Part shown: positions 17,018 through 25,509 of the stretch, piece by piece | Layout of the letters: each line of letters starts with the position of its first letter | Position numbering within the stretch: the stretch's first letter is position 1 | NCBI RefSeq assembly: GCF_018336915.1 | Contig: NZ_CP064927.1 | Span: forward strand, 150,001-182,000 | Reading direction: 5' to 3' | Length of the DNA: 32,000 bases | Origin: Acaryochloris marina S15 | GTDB taxonomy: Bacteria; Cyanobacteriota; Cyanobacteriia; Thermosynechococcales; Thermosynechococcaceae | The notes under the pieces: generated by a model | Database searches by the model: none | The model's input: the letters and a program-made list of their open reading frames with translations, nothing else | What the model was told of the DNA's origin: nothing | Program-made: the position numbers and the translations under genes

Positions 17018-18928
17018 CTAGCCCTTCGGCTTGGGAAACTTGGAAGGGGGCTCAAAGGTTTGAACAGGCGTATCTTTTAATGCCTCACTCATAAACTCTC
17101 GCCAAACAGGGGCCATCCACCCTCCACCGGTTGCCCCAGAACCCATCCGAGAGTAGTTGTCATTGCCTGCCCACACTGCTACTGAGAGTTGAGGAACATA
17201 TCCCACAAACCAAACATCTCGTTCTGATGATGTTGTTCCCGTCTTCCCTGCAGCTGGACGACCAATCTGCGCTGCAACGCCCGTTCCACTTTGCACAACG
17301 GTTTGCAACGTACTATTAACGGAGGCAGCAGCCCAAGGATTTAGCACCAGCTTAGGTTGTGGGGTATTATCAATCAACACTTTGCCTGCAGGATCTGTGA
17401 CTTGGAGAATGGCTGTTGTTTTGGACTGCCAGCCATTATTAGCAAAGGTGGCATAGGCTGAAGCCATCTCTACGGGAGTTAAGTCCACAGCGCCTAAGGG
17501 GAGTGAAATCACATTGGGGATCGGGCTAGTAATTCCTAATTTACGACTGACATCTATCACATTCTTAATGCCCACTTTTTGACCCATGACAATAGCAGGC
17601 ACATTGCGCGATTGAGCGAGAGCTTGGCGAATGGACATTGAGCCTTGAAAACTGCGGTCATAGTTTTGAGGTTTATACCGCTCTATACCACCATCATTGA
17701 AGCTCACGGGAGAGTCGTTAATCATTGAATCTGGGGTGTACTTCCCCGTCGCAAAGGCGGTGTAATACACAAAGGGTTTGAAAGCAGAACCGGGTTGTCG
17801 ATAAGCCTGAGTCGCCCGATTGAATTCACTTTTTTTGTTATCCACTCCACCAACGATGGCCTTGATGAAGTGCGTTCTCGGATCGACCGCGACTAATGCC
17901 ATCTGGTCCGCAGCATAGGCATAGTGTTGATGATTCCTGCGAACGGTCTTCTCCGCAATTTCCTGCATCTTCCAATCAAGAGTCGTTTGAACTCGGAATC
18001 CTCCTCTAACGAGTGCCTCTCGACCAAATCTTTCAGTCAATTCCTGAATGACGGTATTGGTGACATCAGGGGCTTGGCTCCGTTGATAGGAGGTAATTTC
18101 TCCTAAAATGATTTTCTCTGTCCGAGCTGCTTCAGCCTCAGCAGATGTAATCCATTTCAGTTCCTCCAAACGCCCCAGAACGATGTCCTGTTGTTCTTTA
18201 GCAAGGTCTAAATCTACAAAGGGACTATACCCTTCTGGTGCTTTGATAATCCCAGCCATCATGGCGGATTCAGCTAGGGTCAGATCTTCAGCAGATTTAT
18301 TGAAATAACTCTGGGCGGCTGTTTCTATGCCATAGGTATTATGTCCCCAATACACTTGATTGAGGTACAACTCTAAAATTTCATCTTTACTGAGCAGTTG
18401 TTCGATTCTCAGTGCTAGAACTGCTTCTGCGAGCTTGCGACTAAAGGCTCTTTCTGGGGTCAGATAGAGATTTTTAGCCAGCTGCATACTCAAGGTTGAT
18501 GCCCCTTGTACCGTCTGACCTGCCTGGTAATTGGTGATGGCTGCCCGCAGGATACCGACTGGATTAATGCCGTCATGTTGGTAAAAGTTGCTATCTTCGA
18601 TGGCGAGTACGGACAGTTTCAAGTGGGGAGAGATTTTAGCCAGTGGGACAACCTGGCGATTTTCTTCCTCATGCAAGCCCGTGAGCAACTTGCCGTTGAT
18701 GTCATAGATGTAGGTTGTTTCGTTGGGTGAAAAGCGGGTTAATGAAGTCACATCAGGCAGATCACGATAACTAATCGCTACCCCCATCAGTCCTCCTGCT
18801 AAACCAGCACTTCCCAGGAGGGTCAAGGTCAATATGGTGGTCAAGGTAGTATTGCCTATCCCCCTTAAAAAGAGGGTGGAGGTTGATCTAGAGGAGAAGT
18901 CTCGAGGAGAAGTGGCACTAGATGACAT
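17018..18928 (-). CDS. Class A penicillin-binding protein (bifunctional glycosyltransferase/transpeptidase, PBP1A-type)
   Basis: N-terminal TM anchor. GT51 motifs are AIEDSNFYQHDGINPVGILRA, GASTLSMQLAKN and RKLAEAVLALRIEQ. Transpeptidase motifs are GSAFKPFVY (SxxK), SRN and GKTGTT. Confidence 0.95.
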   Translation of the reverse strand: MSSSATSPRDFSSRSTSTLFLRGIGNTTLTTILTLTLLGSAGLAGGLMGVAISYRDLPDVTSLTRFSPNETTYIYDINGKLLTGLHEEENRQVVPLAKISPHLKLSVLAIEDSNFYQHDGINPVGILRAAITNYQAGQTVQGASTLSMQLAKNLYLTPERAFSRKLAEAVLALRIEQLLSKDEILELYLNQVYWGHNTYGIETAAQSYFNKSAEDLTLAESAMMAGIIKAPEGYSPFVDLDLAKEQQDIVLGRLEELKWITSAEAEAARTEKIILGEITSYQRSQAPDVTNTVIQELTERFGREALVRGGFRVQTTLDWKMQEIAEKTVRRNHQHYAYAADQMALVAVDPRTHFIKAIVGGVDNKKSEFNRATQAYRQPGSAFKPFVYYTAFATGKYTPDSMINDSPVSFNDGGIERYKPQNYDRSFQGSMSIRQALAQSRNVPAIVMGQKVGIKNVIDVSRKLGITSPIPNVISLPLGAVDLTPVEMASAYATFANNGWQSKTTAILQVTDPAGKVLIDNTPQPKLVLNPWAAASVNSTLQTVVQSGTGVAAQIGRPAAGKTGTTSSERDVWFVGYVPQLSVAVWAGNDNYSRMGSGATGGGWMAPVWREFMSEALKDTPVQTFEPPSKFPKPKG

Positions 18929-19147
18929 GGTGTATTAAAGGGCAACCATGACACACTAAATTTGGAGTGTGAGGTTACTGCTAAAAAATAACTGAGAAGC
19001 TTTCTATACCTAAAGTCTGCCCATACTAAAGTAAAGTTTCACTCTCGATCTTAAAGAGCCATCATCTCTGCAAAATAACGCAACAATATGGGGATTTCAT
19101 GAGCTAGTTAAACAACCCAGATTATCGATGACTGTGTTAACGACCCG

Positions 19148-19387
19148 TTAAAAAATCGCGGAAGCTAGTGATTCGTCAGCTTTGGGAACACCACCCAAGC
19201 GCCGCTCAAGCAAGGTATATCGTTGCCTATCTTTGATCTGCCTGACGGCCATGCTGATCGCATTCTTGGGATCCACAAGAACTACCAGCTTCTTTGCCAG
19301 TGTCGATCCGGTATAGAACAAATTACGGTTGAGCATGATGTAATGCTGCATATACATGGGCAGAATGACGACGGGATATTCCGACCT
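19148..19387 (-). pseudogene. RecD2-type SF1 helicase, C-terminal 80 codons only
   Basis: SEYPVVILPMYMQHYIMLNRNLFYTGSTLAKKLVVLVDPKNAISMAVRQIKDRQRYTLLERRL matches helicase motifs V/VI of RecD2-like proteins (..SEFPVVVLP...MLQRNLLYTAITRAKKLVVLVG...). The motif VI Arg is replaced (TRAK to TLAK). Everything upstream of the QGSEYP motif is replaced by repeated module copy 2. Confidence 0.75.
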
Positions 19388-19411
19388 CCAACTCATCTCC
19401 CTGAAGCCCAA

Positions 19412-20000
19412 ACCACCAGCCGACCTCCCAGAGAAACCCTCGACAAACACCGAAGCAACCCCCGCATACCTAGATAAGGCATCATTCCCTACCATCGACC
19501 GGAAAGATGATTCGCCAGTGGAGCGCAAGGTAACTCCACAGTCTAAAGACAATGATTGCACCACTGAACCCACCCCCACATACGACCGCAGCGAACCCAC
19601 CGACACACGGAGAATGCAGCGAGGGTATTCAGCTCAGCCAAACACCAGGAAGAGTTCGCCCCCCAGAATATCGAGAGAATTTGAGTCCAAATTCCACTCA
19701 CTTGAGAAGCGTCAAAGGAACTTGGTTCAGATACTCAAGCTAAAGGGTCAGCTTGAGTATCTGACCGTTTCTCGAAGCAGTTCAGGGAAGTACTGGATCA
19801 CCATCGAGGGCAGCGGTATACCGTTTATCAGAATTTCGTTTGAAACACCTGAGTTCTGTTTCGAGTGTGCCTTGGAATTAGAGGACACGTTCGATGTGTT
19901 TCAGGTTTTGAGTCTGCGGCCAGGGGAGACCATTGAGCGGATTGAGGAGATGATCGGGGTGTGGTTGGATCGGGAGCGGGTGAGTAGGGCTTGGGGGTGA
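19412..20000 (+). CDS. Repeated module copy 2: paralogue of 12307..12895 (start undefined)
   Basis: This is the conserved part of ORF 19356..20000. The C-terminal domain QLEYLTVSRSSSGKYWITIEGSGIPFIRISFETPEFCFECALELEDTFDV.QVLSLRPGETIERIEEMIGVWLDRERVSR is almost identical to copy 1. The ATG in the track lies antisense to the RecD2 remnant. Confidence 0.5.
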
Positions 20001-20022
20001 TGGTAGACAGCAAAGGAATTAT

Positions 20023-21408
20023 GGCTCTCCGGTAATTAGCGTGGTGACACCCTACATATAGTGTTTATTCCTTAGTCATCTCCTATGGAATGATCTGAGG
20101 AGGTACTTCAGAACGAGAGTGTCATGGATAACTCAATTCGCATTCCCCTCAACCTTCCCGATGTTCAAGTTCTAGAGCTATCGAAGACGGAACGAGGGGA
20201 TTGGCTGATCAAAATTGAGAGTACTCTGCAAGGAACAACCTGCCACAAATGTGGACATGAGATTACTGACCTTCATTGCCATGATCAGGCTCTTCGAATT
20301 CGTCACTTGCCATTGTTCGAAGTACCAGTGTATTTAGAAATTCGGCCCAAGCGCTATCGATGCGGGTATTGCGATGACCATCCCACAACAACTCAACGCT
20401 TAGAATGGCATGAACCTCGCAGTCCCAATACAAAAGCTTATGAGCATTGGCTTCTGCGTATCCTGATCAACTCAACGGTCTCAGATGTTGCTAGAAAACT
20501 AGGCGTTAGTGAAGGTGTCGTCAGTGGCATTATTGATCGCTGGATTGCCTGTCAAGTTGACTGGAGCGAATATTTAGACCTCAAGGTTATCGGGATTGAC
20601 GAGATTTCGCTGAAAAGAGGCCACCGTGATTTTGTAGTTTTGATCACGATTCCTACCACAGGCGGAGTAGACATATTGGCAGTTCTGGCCGACCGCAAAC
20701 AACAGACCGTTGCAAATTTCTTCAATCGATTCCCCTTCATTTACGCCAAACCATTGAGCGGGTTTGTACTGATATGTATCAAGGATTTGTCAATGCAGTC
20801 CGTGAACAACTCCCTCAATCCAAAATTGTCATTGACCGCTTTCATGTGGCCAAAGCCTATCGTAATTGCGCCGATACGGTTCGTAAACGGGAGGTCAAAC
20901 GTCTACGCCAAGAACTCCCTAAGCAAGACTATGACAGTATCAAAGGTGCGATGTGGGCCTTTCGAAAACGGCCTGAGAATCTCCAGGAGTCAGAACAACA
21001 GTTGCTTGAGCGAGTGTTTGCTTATTCTCCTGAGATGAAGCAGGCCTACAAACTCCGAGAGGAATTGACACAGATATTTGAGGGTAGGTACACCAAAAAC
21101 GGAGCTAAATGTGCCATCCGGGCTTGGTGTAAACGAGTCCTCAAAAGTGACATCAAGGATTTTGAGAGTTTCCTGACCACTGTCAACAATTGGATGGATG
21201 AGATGACCAACTATTTTCTGGAGGGATGGACCAGTGGCTTTGTCGAAGGATTTAACAACCGAGTTAAGGTCCTAAAAAGACGATGCTACGGTATTTTCGA
21301 TATTGAAAGGCTCTTCCAAAGAATTTCGCTTGACCTCAATGGGTATCAGACTTTTGCCTTGACCTAAATACTATATCTAGCGGCTACCACGCTAATTCCC
21401 AGAGAGCC
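20023..21408 (+). mobile_element. ISL3-family insertion sequence (1386 bp) with an 8-bp target duplication
   Basis: Terminal inverted repeats begin GGCTCTC: ggctctccggtaattagcgtggtgac.. at 20023, and the reverse complement of ..gtcaccacgctaattcccagagagcc ending at 21408. The direct repeat ggaattat sits at 20015-20022 and 21409-21416. Confidence 0.9.
20124..21367 (+). pseudogene. ISL3-family transposase, split into two frames (20124..21038 and 20774..21367)
   Basis: The N-terminal zinc-finger region is TCHKCGHEITDLHCHD..YRCGYCD. The central block is IGIDEISLKRGHRDFVVLI. The C-terminus is DMYQGFVNAVREQLPQSKIVIDRFHVAKAY...GFVEGFNNRVKVLKRRCYGI. Homology switches frame around 20727-20737 (cgattcccctt). 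A -1 shift there gives FFNRFPLHLRQTIERVCTDMYQGF. Confidence 0.85.
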
Positions 21409-21542
21409 GGAATTATAGAGTGCAACCTATAACTGATCTGAAAAGTTTAGGGGAGGTGTAAATTATTCCTTCATTATAGAAAAATTTCAGTCTTGCATGA
21501 AATAATAATGGTATCTTTGAGTGCATTTTAGGTTGTCAATCC

Positions 21543-21833
21543 ATGCATAACTTGACACCATTTCCTGGAACTTCTCTTACAGAAATTTTCCTTTCAAATC
21601 CTAAATCTTTTAGTGATGCTGATACAGCTATTTCCCATCTGAAGGCTGGTGAACTTATCCTTGTAAACTCAAAGCATCTGGCAGGTGATTCAGCTCAAAG
21701 GATTATTGACTATTTAGCTGGTAGTGTTCAATCGTTAGATGGGCAATTTACTGAAGTTGGCAATGGAGTGTATTTGTTCTCACCACCAACTATTCCAACT
21801 CAAAAATTCTCAAGTCCCCCTTCTAAAAAATAG
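21543..21833 (+). CDS. Short stand-alone SepF-core (DUF552) protein
   Basis: EIFLSNPKSFSDADTAISHLKAGELILVNSKHLAGDSAQRIIDYLAGSVQSLDGQFTEVGNGVYLFSPPTI aligns along its length with the SepF C-terminal domain. It is 96 aa and has no N-terminal amphipathic helix or linker. Confidence 0.75.
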   Translation: MHNLTPFPGTSLTEIFLSNPKSFSDADTAISHLKAGELILVNSKHLAGDSAQRIIDYLAGSVQSLDGQFTEVGNGVYLFSPPTIPTQKFSSPPSKK

Positions 21834-21876
21834 CTTTCAGGTGAGTGAATAAAAATATGAAGCTAGATCTGCTTTA

Positions 21877-22161
21877 CTAGCGTCGTCCACCACCAAAGTT
21901 ACCACCACCACCTCTATTCTCACGAGGCTTTGCCTTGTTTACTTTCAGGGTGCGGCCCAGCCATTCAGCCCCCTCAAGTTCTTCTATGGCTTTAGCTTCT
22001 TCGGTATCATCACCCATTTCAACAAAACCAAATCCTCTCTTCCATCCTGTTTCTCGGTCAGTAGGAAGGCTAACCTTTTTGATGGTTCCATATTCGGCAA
22101 AAGCGGTATTTAGATCTTGCTCTGTAACGTAATAGGAGAGGTTACCAACGTAAATCGACAT
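21877..22161 (-). CDS. RRM-type RNA-binding protein with a Gly-rich tail (cyanobacterial Rbp class)
   Basis: RNP2 is IYVGNLSY and RNP1 is RGFGFVEM. The C-terminus is RENRGGGGNFGGGRR. Confidence 0.93.
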   Translation of the reverse strand: MSIYVGNLSYYVTEQDLNTAFAEYGTIKKVSLPTDRETGWKRGFGFVEMGDDTEEAKAIEELEGAEWLGRTLKVNKAKPRENRGGGGNFGGGRR

Positions 22162-22521
22162 GATGCTAAGCCGAAATTAGTCAAGATTATGCTACCTGAT
22201 CCCCATTTTTTTCGCTGAGAGCAGACGTAATCTTTTTAGAGACTATGCATGATTTATCAGTTCAGCTGTAGAAGGAAATTGAAATCAGTTGTTTGTTATG
22301 GCAGTCGCCATTTTGTCGATGACAGGAGGGCTAGCTACAACAGCTTGACTCTCAGTATTTGCATGTCTTGCAAGAAGTGGCGACTGCTATACCTTTACCC
22401 TGACTACTCATTGAGATATACAATCTCAAAGCAATACGTCGTATATTTTTGACATAAAGTAAAAAATATATTACTATGCACTAAAGATACTTTATATGCT
22501 TGTGCAAAGTATGAGGTGTAC

Positions 22522-22977
22522 ATGGCGACATTTCAGCAAAAAAATATAACTGTGTCCTTAACGACTTTCTCGTTGATTCTGCTTTTCTTTTTGCTGCGAA
22601 CTGCTCAATTAGTACAAAGCAACAATTTTAATGAGTCAAGCGTAACCCAACTATGGATTATGGTAGCGGTGCTTGCAGTTTGTGCGACGGTTTTAGCAAT
22701 GATTGTCACGCATACTATTTCTGCTACAGCCAATGCAGTACAATCTGGCGAGCCTAATTTTGAATTCGACGATCTTGTTGATGAGCGAGACCAGCGCATC
22801 GACCACAAAGGTACCCATATTACTTACAGAATTACATCGCTAGGCACCTTCATCGCTATGTTGACGTTTGTGCTTGGGCAATCACCGCTTATCATGTTTT
22901 CTTTACTCATTCTTTTTGGTCTCATTGCACAAATTGTAGGGGATGCCATGCGTTTACGACTTTATCAGCAAGGATGA
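22522..22977 (+). CDS. Small multi-pass membrane protein co-oriented with the XRE regulator
   Basis: There are four predicted hydrophobic helices: VSLTTFSLILLFFLL, LWIMVAVLAVCATVLAMIV, ITSLGTFIAMLTFVL and LIMFSLLILFGLIAQIV. I use the ATG at 22522, which follows gagg. It lies 26 bp upstream of a short HTH gene, a widespread gene pair. Confidence 0.55.
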   Translation: MATFQQKNITVSLTTFSLILLFFLLRTAQLVQSNNFNESSVTQLWIMVAVLAVCATVLAMIVTHTISATANAVQSGEPNFEFDDLVDERDQRIDHKGTHITYRITSLGTFIAMLTFVLGQSPLIMFSLLILFGLIAQIVGDAMRLRLYQQG

Positions 22978-23003
22978 GAAAGTGAGTAATTACAGAATTG
23001 ATA

Positions 23004-23231
23004 ATGAGTGATTACAGAATTAATAACAATATCCGCAAACTACGTTTTTTCCATAATGAAATAACACAACAAGAACTAGCAAAGCGTGTTGGGGTTACCA
23101 GACAAACTATTAACGCGTTAGAAAAAGGAAAATATTCGCCATCATTGGAACTGGCATTTCGCATCGCGCTTGCATTTGGTGTGCCTCTTAATGAAGTATT
23201 CTCATACGATCTTGACGACACGATCAAATAG
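23004..23231 (+). CDS. XRE-family helix-turn-helix transcriptional regulator (short, about 75 aa)
   Basis: [59 protein letters not shown] is a canonical Cro/C1-type HTH. I prefer the ATG at 23004 to the TTG at 22998. Confidence 0.88.
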   Translation: MSDYRINNNIRKLRFFHNEITQQELAKRVGVTRQTINALEKGKYSPSLELAFRIALAFGVPLNEVFSYDLDDTIK

Positions 23232-23464
23232 TTCAACACGATTCGATCTCGACGGCATGTTTTTCTTGGTTATAGAAATTGCCGCTTCATTATTAATAAT
23301 TTGGTATGCATGAACTTATGGCGTTGGTCTAATGCCAATTTCTTGTATACATGAACTACTCAATTGGAAGAATTGACCCGTTTGCAATACTTTTGAAAAT
23401 CTATACAGGTCATCTCGCTGGGTAATTGGTATAACACCTCTTTCATTATTAAATTGAATCAGCC

Positions 23465-24127
23465 ATGATAAGTCTAAAGAAATCAGAATGGATCATCTTG
23501 ATCGGATTACTTCTACTTAGCTTTGTCCCTTGTGTAGGTGGAATATTTCGACTGGTGGACCTGCTTAGCAGTTCAGGATTAGTACCTGAAAATCCGAGAA
23601 TACAGTTAGCACCAATTCCAGTTGTATTCCACATCTTGACCGCTGTTCCATATTGCATTCTTGGAGCCTTTCAGTTTCTTCCCAGTGTTATAAGAAGGTA
23701 TCCAAAATGGCATCGGCTAGCAGGTCGGCTATTGGTTCTAGCAGGTATGATTTCCGCCCTTTCGGGGTTGTGGATGACTCACTATTACTCCTTCCCTGAT
23801 GAGCTTCAGGGAGTCCTACTTTATTGTGTTCGTATTATCGTTGGATTCGCCATGATTGCATATATTTTACTAGGACTAGCAGCGGTTCTAAAACAGCGGT
23901 TTGTGCAACACCGAGCTTGGATGATCCGTGCGTATGCACTAGGTCAAGGAGCAGGAACGCAAGTATTTATTACAATACCGTGGTTATTGACTGTTGGAGA
24001 GCCAAGTGGGCTTACTCGAGATCTATTAATGACGTTTGCCTGGATTATCAACATAATCGTAGCCGAGAGGGTGATTAATAACCGAAGTAACGGGATTGGA
24101 TCTGGTACAAAACTGGGTAACAGCTGA
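23465..24127 (+). CDS. DUF2306-like integral membrane protein
   Basis: About six TM helices. The HILTAVPYCILGAFQFLPSVIRRYPKWHRLAGRLLV pattern (H...Q F...R..P..HR..GR) matches my recollection of DUF2306. Confidence 0.55.
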   Translation: MISLKKSEWIILIGLLLLSFVPCVGGIFRLVDLLSSSGLVPENPRIQLAPIPVVFHILTAVPYCILGAFQFLPSVIRRYPKWHRLAGRLLVLAGMISALSGLWMTHYYSFPDELQGVLLYCVRIIVGFAMIAYILLGLAAVLKQRFVQHRAWMIRAYALGQGAGTQVFITIPWLLTVGEPSGLTRDLLMTFAWIINIIVAERVINNRSNGIGSGTKLGNS

Positions 24128-24335
24128 CTGCCTGACATAAGTGGGGTTATGCCGACATACGCCTAATTTTTCTCACAGGATCGCTATGAACTATATTTAG
24201 CAGTACTTTTCAGACTTTAAAATTTAGGTTTTTGTGAGTTTATATGCCTGACCACAGCAGATAGATCAGAAAATGGTGTCTGCTAGAAAGTAGATAGAAG
24301 CATAGCATCCATATTCCTCACGGTGCATAGATTAA

Positions 24336-24535
24336 GACCTCAAACGACCGAAGCTGTATTTTGGTGCAGAATAGACCTATAAGCTATGAATAGCAGAGAT
24401 TTTAGCAAATTCCATTAAATATTGCTTATTGAGAATCTTATCGGTTTGCAAACGCTGTAACGACCAAAACAGGTTAATTACTATAGTGCATTTATACTAA
24501 ATTGCCCCATATCGCAGCTTCAGTCGTTTGAGGTC
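24336..24535 (+). mobile_element. MITE-like element, family A, copy 1 (200 bp)
   Basis: Terminal inverted repeats are gacctcaaacgaccgaagctg ... cagcttcagtcgtttgaggtc. It has no coding capacity. A second 200-bp copy lies in the same orientation at 24962..25161. Confidence 0.75.
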
Positions 24536-24540
24536 AAGAA

Positions 24541-24936
24541 CTAACAAAAAGCGATTGCTTCGACTTCCACAAGAGTTTCTGGAGAAGCCAGAGAAGCAAC
24601 TCCAATGCATGTTATGGCAGGACGTGATTCGCCAAAGAAATTAGCTAAAATAGGCATAATTTCGTTTGAGTATTCACCAAATTCGCCTCGAATATAAATA
24701 CGAGCTCGCAATAATTTATCGATTGATGACCCCGCGTTTTCCAAGGCAATTGTCAAATTAGCGAGTGCCTTTCGCATCTGACCTTCAACAGACTGTTCTG
24801 TCGTTTCATATTGATGATTCCAATCTACTTGACCAGAGAGAAAAATAAGTCCCGATTGAGTCTCGATCGTAGCTTGGGACATACCATATGGAGCACCATC
24901 AAACAATTCTGGGGGATTGATTAGTTTTTTATTCAT
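24541..24936 (-). CDS. RidA/YjgF/UK114-family protein (reactive-intermediate deaminase family)
   Basis: 131 aa. LIFLSGQVDWNH.., ALANLTIALENAGSSIDKLLRARIYI and RPAITCIGVASLASPETLVEVEAIA are typical YjgF-fold motifs. Confidence 0.85.
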   Translation of the reverse strand: MNKKLINPPELFDGAPYGMSQATIETQSGLIFLSGQVDWNHQYETTEQSVEGQMRKALANLTIALENAGSSIDKLLRARIYIRGEFGEYSNEIMPILANFFGESRPAITCIGVASLASPETLVEVEAIAFC

Positions 24937-24961
24937 CTTGATTTTCTAAATGTACTTGCAA

Positions 24962-25161
24962 GGCCTCAAACGACCGAAGCTGCGTTTTGGGGCAGCTTAA
25001 CCCTAAAAGTCATGAATAGTAACGGTTTCAGATACTCTCATTAAATATTGCTTATTGAAAATCCAGTCAGCTCGCAAAAGCTGTAACGACAGAAATTGGT
25101 TCAGTGCCACAGTACATTTATACTAAATTGCCCCATATCGCAGCTTCCGTTGTTTGAGGCC
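24962..25161 (+). mobile_element. MITE-like element, family A, copy 2 (200 bp)
   Basis: Terminal inverted repeats are ggcctcaaacgaccgaagctg ... cagcttccgttgtttgaggcc. Internal blocks shared with copy 1 include attaaatattgcttattga, gctgtaacgac and catttatactaaattgccccatatcgcagctt. Confidence 0.75.
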
Positions 25162-25249
25162 CATTTGGCTCAAAAAGCCGACTTGCTGCTTATGCTCGAT
25201 TTTCCTGCAACCAGTTCACTAGATCAGTAGGTTCCGTAAAGTCGAGCAG

Positions 25250-25368
25250 GGAAGCGTAATAGATTCGTAGTCTATATTTTATGATGAAGTTTATTCAGGG
25301 AACTACAAATAAATAAGGGAATTGTGATTCATTGATTTTACATTCCAATTAACCAATCATCGGAACAT
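25250..25368 (+). repeat. Partial MITE family B copy (left 119 bp only)
   Basis: It appears identical by eye to 27884..28002. It lacks the right-hand 41 bp, including the right terminal repeat. Confidence 0.8.
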
Positions 25369-25509
25369 GGGGTTTTTTGAACGTCCCCTCGAAAAGGTAC
25401 ATTCCAGGCTTTTGAGGTGTAAGTATAACCGAGTAGATTATGTCTAAGAAGCTTTTATAGTGAGGGTTTTAGCCATTTCTAGAAAATTAGTGTGGATGCT
25501 GAAAGCCTG

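Noticed and set aside
17131-18730. Several 60-74-aa plus-strand ORFs inside the PBP gene (17131.., 17924.., 18108.., 18506..)
   Set aside because: They are antisense shadows within a 636-aa gene that carries complete GT51 and transpeptidase motif sets.
19148-19606. The minus-strand ORF that reads in frame from the module into the RecD2 tail, suggesting an intein or a fusion protein. The analogous antisense ORF 12268..12585 was considered with it.
   Set aside because: There are no intein splice-junction residues or endonuclease motifs. The third-codon-position substitution pattern between the copies supports the plus strand as the coding strand. The antisense frames are open simply because the linker region is compositionally biased.
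12307-20000. The two module copies as a diversity-generating retroelement template/variable repeat pair
   Set aside because: Differences involve all base types (g>c, t>c, c>t, g>a, a>g ...) and are not restricted to adenines of one copy. The variable part is the N-terminal linker rather than a C-terminal ligand-binding fold. No reverse transcriptase gene is nearby.
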